Made by a program: the position numbers and the translations under genes | Notes under the pieces: model-generated | Database searches by the model: none | What the model saw: only the letters and a program-made list of their open reading frames with translations | Told to the model about the DNA's origin: nothing | In this document: positions 48,940-64,000 of the stretch, piece after piece | How the letters are laid out: every line of letters starts with the position of its first letter | Numbering within the stretch: the first letter of the stretch is position 1 | Assembly: GCF_009914755.1 (NCBI RefSeq) | Contig: NC_060939.1 | Length of the DNA stretch: 64,000 nucleotides | DNA from: the human T2T-CHM13v2.0 reference genome, Homo sapiens | Strand: one strand, 5' to 3'

Positions 48940-50428
48940 TGTGTCCGGAATTGGTGGGTTCTTGGTCTCACTGACTTCAAGAATGAAGCTGCGGACCCTC
49001 GCTGTGAGTGTTACAGCTCTTAAGGTGGCATGTCTGGAGTTTGTTCCTTCTGATGTTCGGATGTGTTCGGAGTTTCTTCCTTCTGGTGGGTTTGTGGTCT
49101 CGCTGGCTTCAGGAGTGAAGCTGCAGACCTTCGCGGTGAGTGTTACAGCTCATAAAAGCAGTGTGGACCCAAAGAGTGAGCAGTAGCAAGATTTATTGCA
49201 AAGAGTGAAAGAACAAAGCTTCCACAGTTTGGAAGGGGACCCAAGTGGGTTGCCACTGCTGGCTGGGGCAGCCTGCTTTTATTCTCTTATCTGGCCCCAC
49301 ACACATCCTGCTGATTGGTAGAGCTGAGTGATCTGTTTTGACAGGGCGCTGATTGGTGCGTTTACAATCCCTGAGCTAGACACAAAGGTTCTCCATGTCC
49401 CCACTAGATTAGCTAGATACAGAGTGTTGACACAAAGGTTCTCCAAGTCCCCACCGGAGTAGCTAGATACAGAGTGTCTATTGGTGCATTCACAAACCCT
49501 GAGCTTGACACAGAGTGCTGATTGGTGTGTTTGCAAACCTTGAGCCAGATACAGAGCGCGGATTGGTGTATTTACAGTCCCTGAGCTAGACATAAAGGTT
49601 CTCCAAGGCCCCACCAGAGAAGCTAGATACAGAGTGTCGATTGGTGCATTCACAAACCCTGAGCTAGACACAGGGTGCTGATTGGTGTGTTTACAAACCT
49701 TGAGCTAGATACAGAGTGCCGATTGGTGTATTTACAATCCCTGAGCTAGACATAAAGGTTCTCCAAGGCCCCACCAGACTCAGGAGCCCAGCTGTCTTCA
49801 CCCAGTGGATCCCGCACTGGGGCTGCAGGTGGAGCTGCCTGCCAGTCCTGCGCCATGCGCCCGCACTCCTCAGCCCTTGTGTGGTTGATGGGACTGGGCA
49901 CCGTGGAGCAGGGGGCGGCGCTCGTCGGGGAGGCTCTGGCTGCACAGGAGCCCATGGAGGGGGTGGGAGGCTCAGGCATGGCAGGCTGCAGGTCCCGAGC
50001 CCTGCCCCGAGGGAAGGCAGCTAAGGCCCGGTGAGAAATCAAGTGCAGCGCCGGTGGGCTGGCACTGCTGGGGGACCCAGTATACCCTCTGCAGCTGCTG
50101 GCCCGGGTGCTAAGCCCCTCATTGCCTGGGGCCGGCAGGGCCGGCCCGCTGCTCCGAGTGTGGGGCCCGCCAAGCCCACACCCACCCGGAACTCCAGCTG
50201 GCCCACAAGCGCCCCGCGCAGCCCCGGTTCCCACTTGCGCCTCTCCCTCCACACCTCCCTGCAAGCTGAGGGAGCAGGCTCCGGCCTTGGCCAGCCCAGA
50301 AAGGGGCTCCCACAGTGCAGCAGTGGGCTGAAGGGCTCCTCAAGTGCCACCAAAGTGGGAGCCCAGGCAGAGGAGGCGCCAAGAGCAAGTGAGGGCTGTG
50401 AGGACTGCCAGCACGCTGTCACCTTTCA
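48940..50428 (-). mobile_element. Solo LTR12C-like (ERV9/HERV9) LTR, ~1.49 kb
   Basis: Minus strand starts TGAAAGGTGACAGCGTGCTGGCAGTCCTC and ends CCAATTCCGGACACA; U3 tandem repeats with CCAAT boxes; imperfect 4-bp TSD CCAG (48936-48939)/TCAG (50429-50432). Confidence 0.92.
49270..49750 (-). promoter_or_regulatory. LTR12 U3 enhancer/promoter: ~8 CCAAT (NF-Y) boxes, GATA-like motifs and AATAAAA TATA-like box
   Basis: Repeated attggt and agctagatac on +; ttttattc near 49278 reads GAATAAAA on -. Function taken from known LTR12 biology. Confidence 0.7.
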
Positions 50429-50575
50429 TCAGGACAGTGTCTGTCAGCCAGGTGCACAGCCCTTGGTGTGCTGGAGCTTGGGCTTTTCTTGGCAGCCTGG
50501 TGTCCTGCATTGAGCGGTGGTGAGCTTGTCCAGGTCCCGCTGGTTACCTGCACGGTGACGGGGGTGCCCTCGGTT

Positions 50576-50619
50576 AGGTTGATGATGAGAACCTTATTTT
50601 GTCTCGAGGAGAGGTTATG
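50576..50619 (+). pseudogene. Degenerate 5' half of SNORD115 at the array terminus
   Basis: aggttgatgatgagaaccttattttgtctcgaggagaggttatg, then unrelated AT-rich sequence; no ASE or box D. Confidence 0.8.
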
Positions 50620-51357
50620 TGATGGGTGTTGTGGCAGCTCTTTGTATTTCATTTTCTTCAGTGCTTTTTGTGTGTTCTCTTTGTATTTTTTACCGCTTTG
50701 TGTATTTTACTTTCACAAAGGCAGCAGCAAATGTTTTATTGGTGGTGGTATTTTTCATTTTTATTTACTTCCTAATTTGATAGTGTTTTAGTTGGAATAC
50801 ACAGTCTCATTGTAGTTGTTCAGAAATATGCTTTTTTTCTGTACATTATATGATTGTGCATAATTTTTGCCAGTTTTTTTTTTAATTGGGGACTACAGTT
50901 GAATGCACTGCCTATCTCCTACTTTACTGAAACAGATTGTATGGAAATCTAAAGACGAGAAAGTAGACAAGCACAGCAGAGGACATTTATTTTGATATAA
51001 CCACAGAAATTCATTGATATGACCTTATCATATTGATGGTTTTTCAAAGAAATATAAAATCTTTCGATAATGGATTGTCTCAGTTGCGTTTCTCCTTATA
51101 TCATGTTTTGCCTTCAATACAAATTGCAATGCTTAGAAATTTAAAGAACACCTTCTGAAGTGGAAGATCTAGCTAAAGAATTAGATTGGTATTGGCTGAA
51201 ATGTTGCAGTAATCACATGATAGGGTTAATACAACATGAGTTACATGCTGAGTGCTCTAAGGTAGAAAGTAGGTAACAAGGAATAACAGGTAGGTAATGT
51301 AAGTCGGGAGAAGGAAACTCTAGGACAGAATCATTAGAAAAGGCTTGACGTCAACAG

Positions 51358-51407
51358 CAGTGTATAGAATTTACAGTGTATAGAATTTACAGTGCATAGA
51401 ATTTACA
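51358..51407. repeat. 16-bp tandem repeat x3 (CAGTGTATAGAATTTA)
   Basis: Direct reading. Confidence 0.85.
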
Positions 51408-51449
51408 ATAAGTGCCTTTTTTTGTGCTCATCAATGCTCTTGCTTATAT

Positions 51450-52280
51450 TGTAGGAGGAGTTAGTTCCCTTGAAGAAATATCAATACAAATTTCCAAATT
51501 GCAATGCAGAGGGAAAAAAGAATGAGAAAGTAAAAAATATCCAAGAACTCTGGAAGCATTTCAAAAAGTGTAAAAATGCATAGTGACAATGTCAGGAGAA
51601 TAAGGAGATAAAGGAAAAGAAATATTTGACACAACAATGACTTGAGCACTTTCTAAAATTAATGATGGACAGAAACCCACATGTTCAGGAAGCTCAGAGA
51701 GCACTCTGCAGAATAAAAATATTTTACAAATCGACACCTTTGCATTTCATATTTAAAGTCCAGAAAATCATAGACTAAGGGAAAAGCTTGATAGGAGCAA
51801 TAGGAAGAAAACCATCTTACCTATGGAGCAACAAGAATAAAAATTGCTTTGAAATTATCTTCAGAATCCATGAAAGCAAGAAGTGAGTCAGGGTGAAATA
51901 TTTAGTGTTAAAAGTAAGAAACAAAAAAAAGTACCAACTTTGAATTTTCTGCTCATCAAAATTATTCTTCAAAAGTGAAGGAGAAATACTCTCTGAGACC
52001 AACAAAAATTGCTAGAACTTCTTGCCACTACACCAACCTTTTAATAAACGTAACAAGAAATTCTTCAGAAAGGATAAAAATGACATAGGTCGGAAAATCT
52101 AATTTACATAAAGAAATGAAAAGCATTGGAGAAGAAATATATGAAGAAAAATTAAATATATATGTATTTTTTGATTCATAATTGATCTTTCAACAATTTG
52201 TTCAAAATAATAACAAGATTATATTTGGTGATTATAGGTTATGGAAAAGTGAAATGAATGACAGCAATATTATAAGTCAT
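51450..52280 (+). mobile_element. Old L1M-type LINE-1 fragment (ORF1 3' part / inter-ORF)
   Basis: A-rich with degenerate L1 ORF1 motifs (caggaagctcagagag, ttcttcaaaagtgaaggagaaata). Boundaries approximate; continues after the L1PA. Confidence 0.65.
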
Positions 52281-53285
52281 CCGGTTCCAAGATGGCCGAA
52301 TAGGAACAGCTCCAGTTTACAGCTCCCAGTGTGAGTGACGCAGAAGACAGTTGATTTCTGCATTTCCAACTGACGTACCAGGTTCATCTCACTGGGGCTT
52401 GTTGGACAGTGGGTGCAGCCCATGGAGTGTAAGCCGAAGCAGGACGAGGCATCACCTCACCTGGGAAGTGCAAGAGGTCAGGGAATTCCCTTTCCTAGCC
52501 AAGGGAAGCGTGACAGATGGTACCTGGAAAATTGGGACACTCCCACCCTAATACTGTGCTTTTCCAACTGTCTTAGCAAACGGCACACCAGGAGATTATA
52601 TCCCGCGCCTGGCTTGGAGGGTCCCACATCCACGGAGCCTTGCTCACTGCTAGCACAGTAGTCTGAGATCAAACTGCAAGGCAGCAGTGAGGCTGGGGGA
52701 GGGGCATCCACCATTGCTGAGGCTTGAGTAGGTAAACAAAGCGGCTGGGAAGCTCGAACTGGGTGGAGCCCACCACAGCTCAAGGAGGCCTGCCTGCTTC
52801 CGTAGACTCCACCTCTAGGGGCAGGGCATAGCAGAACAAAAGGCAACAGAAACTTCTGCAGACTTAAACATCCCTGACAGCTTTGAAGAGAGTAGTGGTT
52901 CTCCCAGTACAGAGTTTCAGATCTGAGAACAGACAGGCTGCCTCCTTAAATGGGTCCCTGACCCCCAAGTAGCCTAACTGAGAGACACCTCCCAGTAGGG
53001 GCTGACTGATACCTCATACAGCTGGGTGCCCCTCTGAGACGAAGCTTCCAGAGGAAGGATCAGGCAGCAACATTTGCCGTTCTGCAATATTTGCTGTTTT
53101 GCAGCCTCCACTGGTGATACCCAAGCAAACAGGGTCTGGAGTGGACTTCCAGCAAACTCCAACAGACCTGCAGCTGAGGATCCTGACTGTTAGAAGGAAA
53201 ACTAACAAAGAGAAAGGACATCCACACCAAAACCCCATCTGTACGTCACCATCATCAAAGACCAAAGGTAGATGAAACCACAAAG

Positions 53286-54334
53286 ATGGGGAGAAACCAG
53301 AGCAGAAAAACTGAAAATTCTAAAAATCAGAGCACCTCTTCTCCTCCAAAGGAATGCAGCTCCCTGCCAGCAATGGAACAAAGCTGGACGGAGAATGACT
53401 TTGACGAGCTGACAGAAGTAGGCTTCAGATGATCGCTAATAACAAACTTCTCTGAGCTAAAGGATGAGGTTCAAACCCATCGCAAAGAAGCTAAAAACCT
53501 TGAAAAAAGATTAGATGAGTGGCTAACTAGAATAAACAGCATAGAGAAGACCTTAAATGACCTGATGGAGCTGAAACCATGGCACAAGAACTACGTCACA
53601 CATGCACAAGCTTCAGTAGCCGATTTGATCAAGTGGAAGAAAGGGTATCAGTGATTCAAGATCAAATGAATGAAATGAAGCAAGAAGAGAAGTTTAGAGA
53701 AAAAAGAGTAAAAAGAAACAAAGCCTAAAAAAGTAAAAAAGTAAAACAAAGTAAAAAAGAAACATGGGACTATGTGAAAACACCAAATCTACGTCTGATT
53801 GGTGTACTTGAAAGTGATGGGGAGAATGGAACCAAGTTGGAAAACACTCTGCAGGATATTATCCAGGAGAACTCCCCCAACCTAGGAAGGCAAGCCAACA
53901 TTCAAGTTCAGAAAATACAGAGAATGCCACAAAGATACTCCTTGAGAAGCGTAACTCCAAGACACATAATTGACAGATACACCAAAGTTGAAATGAAGGA
54001 AAAAATATTAAGGGAAGCCAGAGAGAAAGGTCAAGTTACCCACAAAGGGAAGCCCATCAAACTAACAGCAGATCTCTCAGCAGAAACTCTACAAGCCAGA
54101 AGAGAGTGGGGGCCAATATTCAACATTCTTAAATGAAAGAATTTTCAACCCAGAATTTCATATCCAGCCAAACTAAGCTTCATAATTGAAGGAGAAATAA
54201 AATACTTTACAGACAAGTAAATGCTGAGAGATTTTGTCACCACCAGGCCTGCCCTACAAGAGCTCCTGAAGGAAGCACTAAGCATGGAAAGGAACAACCA
54301 GTACCAGCCACTGCAAAAACATGCCAAATTGTAA
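53286..54334 (+). pseudogene. L1 ORF1p, disrupted
   Basis: ATGGGGAGAAAC ... CATGCCAAATTGTAA with premature stops and indels; fragment 53774-54136 translates to ORF1p (LENTLQDIIQEN, ADLSAETLQARREW). Confidence 0.9.
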
Positions 54335-54397
54335 AGATCACTGATGCTAGGAAGAAACTGCGTCAACTAACGAGCAAAATAACCAGCTAACATCACA

Positions 54398-58216
<3,819 letters not shown>

Positions 58217-58419
58217 ACGGTGAGAACACTTGGACACAGGGTGGGGAACATCACACACGAGTGGCTGCCGTGGGGTGGGGGGAGGGGGGAGGGATAGCAT
58301 TAGGAGATATACCTAATGTAAATGACGAGTTAACGGGTGCAGCACACCAACATGGCACATGTATACATATGTAACAAACCTGCACGTTTTGCACATGTAC
58401 CCTAGAACTTAAAGTATGA

Positions 58420-58443
58420 AATATATATATATATATATATATA
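58420..58443. repeat. (AT)n microsatellite replacing the L1 poly(A) tail
   Basis: Direct reading. Confidence 0.85.
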
Positions 58444-58623
58444 GTCATGAGGGAGAGAAAATACTCTTAGTTACTTGGACTAACCCACGAAGTAGGACAG
58501 TATAATTTGAAAAAGGACTTGGATTAGTTGTAAACGTATAATGTAATATCCAGCACAGCCACTAAAAATGATTTTGAAAAAAGCAGTATAATCAATATAC
58601 TAACAGAAGAAAAAGCAGAATCA

Positions 58624-58779
58624 GGCCAGACATGGTGACTCATGTCTGTAATCCCAGCACTTTGGGATGCTGAGGCAGGAAGATCACTTGAGCCCCGGAG
58701 TTCAAGTCCAGCCTGGCAACGAATAAGAGCCCATCTCTACCCTCCACCCCCCCCAAAAAAAAAAAGAAAAAGAAAAAGA
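58624..58779 (+). mobile_element. FLAM / Alu left monomer with A-rich tail
   Basis: ggccagacatggtgactcatgtctgtaatcccagcactttggg...gatcacttgagccc...catctctac followed by tail. Confidence 0.8.
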
Positions 58780-59416
<637 letters not shown>

Positions 59417-59565
59417 TGATATAAATAGAAAACAATCACAAATACTGAGTATACTAATCTAAGTATATCAATAATCACTTTAAACATCGCTTAAAAGACA
59501 GAGATTGTCAGTGGATTAAGAACAAGACCCAAATATATGTTGTCTATGAGAAATGCACTTTAAAT

Positions 59566-59716
59566 AGCTGGGCATGGTGGTGTGCACCTGCAGTCCTTAG
59601 GAGGCCAAGGCGGAGTGTCACCTGAGCCCAGGATTTTGGGACTACAGTGAGCTATGATCATGCCACTGCACTCTAGCCTGGTTGACAGAATAAGACCTCA
59701 TCTCTATAGAAAAAAG
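59566..59716 (+). mobile_element. FRAM/FLAM-type old Alu monomer
   Basis: agctgggcatggtggtgtgcacctg...cagtgagctatgatcatgccactgcactctagcctgg. Confidence 0.75.
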
Positions 59717-61176
59717 TAAGTAAATCTACTTTATAAAGGCACAAATATATTCACAGTAAAGGAATAGAGAAAGATATCCCATGCTAACATTAATCAAAAT
59801 AAAGTGAAATAGCCATATTAATTTCAGACACAACCGACTTTAGAACAAGGAATATTATCAGAGATCAAAAGGGACATTCCTTAATGATAAAGGGATCAGT
59901 TTTCTAAGAAGACATAACAATCCTTAATGTGTACGCACTGAACAGCAGATCATCAAAGTACATGAAGCTAAATCTGATAGAACTGCATAGAGAAATAGAT
60001 AAATTCACTCTTAGAGTTGGAGGCATTGGCATCCCTCTATCAGAAATGGACAGGTTTAGCAAGCAGAAAATCAGTAAGGGCATAACATGATCAATCATGA
60101 TCAAAAACTTGATTCAGTCAACTATATGTAACTGACATCTATGGACCACTTTACCCAACAACAGCAGATGACACATTTTCTCACACACACATGAAACATT
60201 CAGCAGAATAGACCACATTCTGGGCTAGAAAATGCACCTCAACAAATTTAAAAGAATAGAAATCATACAAAGTATGTTCTCAGACTACAATGGAATGAAA
60301 GTAAACAAAAATCACTAAAAAAGATAGCTGAAAAACATGAAAATACTTGGAGGTTAAACAACAGACTGAAATAACTGAAGGTCACAGAAGTCTCAAGATA
60401 AATTTTTAAAATATTTCAAACTAAATGGAATTGAAAGCACAACTTATCAAAAATTTAGGAACGCAACAAAGGCAGTGCCTACTGGGAAATTTATACCACT
60501 GAATGTATGTTAAAAAGAACAAAGATCTAAATAAATAATCCTTCCCATTGGAAAGCTAGGGGGAAAATTCAAATTAAATTCAAAGTAAGCAAGTAAAAGA
60601 AATAATAAAATATGAATACAATTCTGAGTGGCCTGATATCTGATTTCTGGAAGCTGAGTTTTATGTGGCTTTAGAAGTTTCATGTTATGAGTGTGAAATG
60701 GCAAGTGACCATGGCGATTGCTTCTGATATGGCCACCTCAATTACATAGAGAAGGGATGATCAGTGGCATCATCCCAGTTCTGCATGATACCACACCAGT
60801 GATTCTCCAAAGTCAAGAAACCTGTATATGTTGTCCTTGTGTTTGGTGAATCTGTGGTCTATAGACTACATAATGGGCTATTTCTGGGGTACTGACCATT
60901 TTGCTCCATTAAGGAAAACCATGCATGAGCCATATAACTATGGGAAACAATGTTTTCCTTTTTGACACCTGGCCTACTCTCTTCTTAGGTGAGAGCAAAG
61001 GAAGAGCACCACTTGGCCTGCTGCACCCAGGGCAATTTATACCATCCAGATATCCAGCACTGAATATGTAGCAACTCCAATCCACCATAGAACATTAATC
61101 TATCTCTGATAAGCATGCTAATATCTATGATTCTGCCTTTGTGGGGAGATGACTCCATAGATTAACCCCCTGGCTT

Positions 61177-61257
61177 GGGGCAATATGGAGATGTTATATT
61201 GTCTTCGACAGGGAAGATGACATAAAAATTATGTTCAATAGGATTATGTGGAGACTT
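61177..61257 (+). pseudogene. SNORD115-45: Highly diverged SNORD115 relic (inferred -45)
   Basis: ggggcaatatggagatgttatattgtc...gatgacataaaaattatgttcaataggattatgtgga; box C and D lost, ASE core retained. Confidence 0.8.
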
Positions 61258-62254
61258 AACATAAGTGACAAACCTAAGACAAGAAGTTAGAAATCCTTGT
61301 TTCTTTTAGGTGAATAATTTTGGAGCTTGAGAAAAAGACACCATTGTGGCGAACTTGCTTTGCCAAACCCTGTGTATGCATTTTTGGGTAAACAACACAT
61401 TTTCATCCTTTAAGCATTGTTTCCATTATTTATAATTCCTAATAGTATGAGACATTTAGGACTCATTCCTTGGTTCTTCTTCTCTCATTGTATCTTTCAT
61501 TGTATCTTTCAGTGCTGCAAGAGATGCAATCATCCCATTAATGAAAGCAGAGTGACTGCCTTCGTCACACATACATTCAAAATAGATCACTAGGCTAGTG
61601 ATGATTCTCTCTTAAGGCTATTATGTTTACTCATTTAAAAAATCTGGATCTCAGTATAGATTTTCTTCTCAGTGAGTGACTGACCTATCTGATATGATGC
61701 TATGACAAAATCTTTACTTTTTACCTGAATTTGGTGGGATTGAAAGTTGAGAACATATTAATTTATTTTCTGTTTCACTTGATTAATAATGCCCAATCTA
61801 ACATGCAGTGTTCACTTGGGTACATATATACAACTACATCAAATTTTTTCTTGTTTTACCTTAAAAGTGTTAAGATATTGTAATGGTATGGCCAGTTTAC
61901 TCACTGGTAAACTTTTCATAACAGAAATATCATGCCAGTGGACACAAATATGTAACATCAGTAATTTGCTTTCCTCATGAAACAGAGAACTGAATAAGTT
62001 GATGGGTAAACTAGTATCTGAATTATAAACCCCAAATATCATGTGACTTCATCATTTTCAGTATAATGAAAATACAGGCTGTGAATGCTTCCAGTTGGTC
62101 CTGAAAGGGCCTTTGAGGTGAGTAGGTTCACCAAAGCGGCAACATATGTGTCCCAGTGGGCATTCTACTCCTCAGTAAGTGACTTGACATTCTTTATGGC
62201 TTCCTCATGATTAAAACAAGTCTTTTTATTGAAATTTTACTGAAATAATGATGA

Positions 62255-62611
<357 letters not shown>

Positions 62612-63254
62612 TTCACCTCTACCTATTATAATATTTTCATGTTATTCCATTTTGTCATGTTTGTGGGTCATTTGATGAGGGTTCACAATATGAAAACTGG
62701 GCATTTTGGCCAAGATGCATGTAAATGAATACAACTCCATGTGCCCTGATAACTGATTTCTAGATCCTGAGATGCAAGTGGCTTCCAGAGTGTCTGTATT
62801 TTATGAAAGTTCATATACAGTAAACCATGCTAATTGTTACTGATACAGCTTCCTTGAATATATAAAGCGATGATTAATGGGATGTTTTGTTTCTGCAGAA
62901 AACCACTGAATTGCTTCTCCAAAGCCAAGTGACCTGTATGATTTGTCCTTATTATATTTTGTGAACCAGTGGACTAAAACCTTTATAATGGGTCATTTTT
63001 TTAGTATTGTCAATATTGCTCAATTAACAAACATGACTCATATACACAGGTGAGATGTAGTTCTCCCTTTGACATTTGCTCTACATCTGTCCCTTAGATG
63101 ATGATATGGAAGAAAAGCACTCTTTGGCCTGTTGTGACTGGGACAGTTGACAGCACCCAGGTGTCCTTTAATGAAAATGCTCTTGACACCAATGCATCCT
63201 AGCATCACAGCTTCAGGAAGCCTTCTCAAGTGTGCATGGGGAGTACTATGTCTT

Positions 63255-63331
63255 TCATCAATAATGAAATCTTCTGATTTGGTGAGAAATAATGCCTTAA
63301 AATTACACTCAATAGGATTATGCTGAGGCTC
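63255..63331 (+). ncRNA. SNORD115-46: Diverged SNORD115 relic (inferred -46)
   Basis: Box C-like ATAATGA (63261-63267), ASE ACACTCAATAGGATTATG, intact box D CTGA, 3' GGCTCAGCCTA. Confidence 0.8.
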
Positions 63332-63578
63332 AGCCTACCTAGATGAAAATGCTGAAACAGATAATAGTGACTTCTTATTTCCCTTCAAGGGGAATTTTAT
63401 TTTGAACTTGAAATAACAAAATCTTTATGGGTAACTTGTTTGCCCAACTGTATCAGTGCACCTATAAATGAACAAAAAATTCTCAGCCTATAAGCTTTGC
63501 TTCAGTGACCTTTAATTTCTAATAGTAAGGTATATTCAGGTCTCATTCTTTGGCTTTTTCTCTTATTGTGTATTTCAG

Positions 63579-63711
63579 TAAGACATGCTGCCAAGAGATG
63601 TGCCATTCTATTATAAAAGATCAGTAGCTTCCTTTACCGACGTGTATATTCTATCTAGAACATTGAGCTATGGAAGACTCCCACCTAAGGGAATTAGTTT
63701 TACACCTTCAG
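63579..63711 (+). other. Probable SNHG14/UBE3A-ATS exon at the exon-B position of the AT-rich unit
   Basis: ttattgtgtatttcag|TAAGAC...CCTTCAG|gtaatc. Confidence 0.55.
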
Positions 63712-64000
63712 GTAATCTGAACTTCAATATGAGTTTTGCTTTATGATATAATCCTTATGACAAAATCTTTACTTTTTATCTGAACTTCATACAATCAATA
63801 TTGAAGATTTTTTAAATTCACTGTTACCTAGTCCAATATTTAATATACATTTGGCTGTAGATACATGACTAGACAAAAATTTTTTATATTATTATTGTGG
63901 GGGCTCTAACAGTGTTTCACTGTTTTGAGTTACTGATGAACTTTCTGTAACTGTGAGACCATGGTAATGGAAGAGACCGTGGTAATGGGGAGGAGAATGT

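Larger units (their letters stand above)
1..50620 (+). repeat. GC-rich SNORD115 tandem array, ~1.85-1.9 kb unit
   Basis: snoRNA-to-snoRNA spacings: 1905,1821,1835,1878,1852,1893,1857,1219,1880,1850,899,1957,1906,1858,1871,1549,1860,1838,1901,1852,1908,1868,1864,1867,1853,1661,3047 (last includes the LTR). Flanks are homologous throughout. Confidence 0.97.

Noticed and set aside
39-48980. Hundreds of 60-210 aa ORFs in the array, including recurring MLNRITLRP... (+) and ...SVILLSMIFKSSPLFRTI (-)
   Set aside because: They result from high GC content and from translating the conserved snoRNA; frames and stops are not preserved between units and no domains are recognisable.
48941-50513. ORFs of 80-170 aa in the LTR region
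   Set aside because: They are translations of LTR12 sequence; no gag/pol/env is present.
53701-53770. A-rich (AAAAAAGT)-like insertion in L1 ORF1
   Set aside because: Local slippage in a dead element; no sign of function.

Overview
Human-type genomic DNA from the imprinted Prader-Willi/Angelman locus (15q11-q13): the distal SNORD115 (HBII-52) box C/D snoRNA cluster inside the SNHG14/UBE3A-ATS host transcript (+ strand). Bases 1 to ~50,620 are a GC-rich tandem array of ~1.85-1.9 kb units. Each unit is a ~131-nt exon, a ~383-nt intron carrying an 82-nt SNORD115, a 45-nt exon and a ~1.3-kb intron. I count 26 full-length copies (16 with the perfect 18-nt HTR2C-complementary antisense element, ASE) and two 5' fragments. 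The spacing fits my recollection of SNORD115-19 to -44, so the numbering is inferred, not looked up. The last GC-rich unit is interrupted by an antisense LTR12C-like solo LTR. About 10 kb of retroelements follow (old L1M, a full-length dead L1PA4/5-like element, several Alus), then two AT-rich diverged units carrying relic copies (SNORD115-45/-46-like). No credible protein-coding gene is present. Best leads: (i) the host repeat carries sites complementary to the SNORD115 ASE; (ii) a 13-bp external stem around the snoRNA overlaps a cryptic 5' splice donor and a G-quadruplex motif, suggesting a structure/splicing switch between intronic and exonised snoRNA; (iii) a higher-order repeat structure; (iv) an antisense LTR12 promoter aimed into the array; (v) three Alu insertions at one 14-bp target site forming a tight inverted pair.
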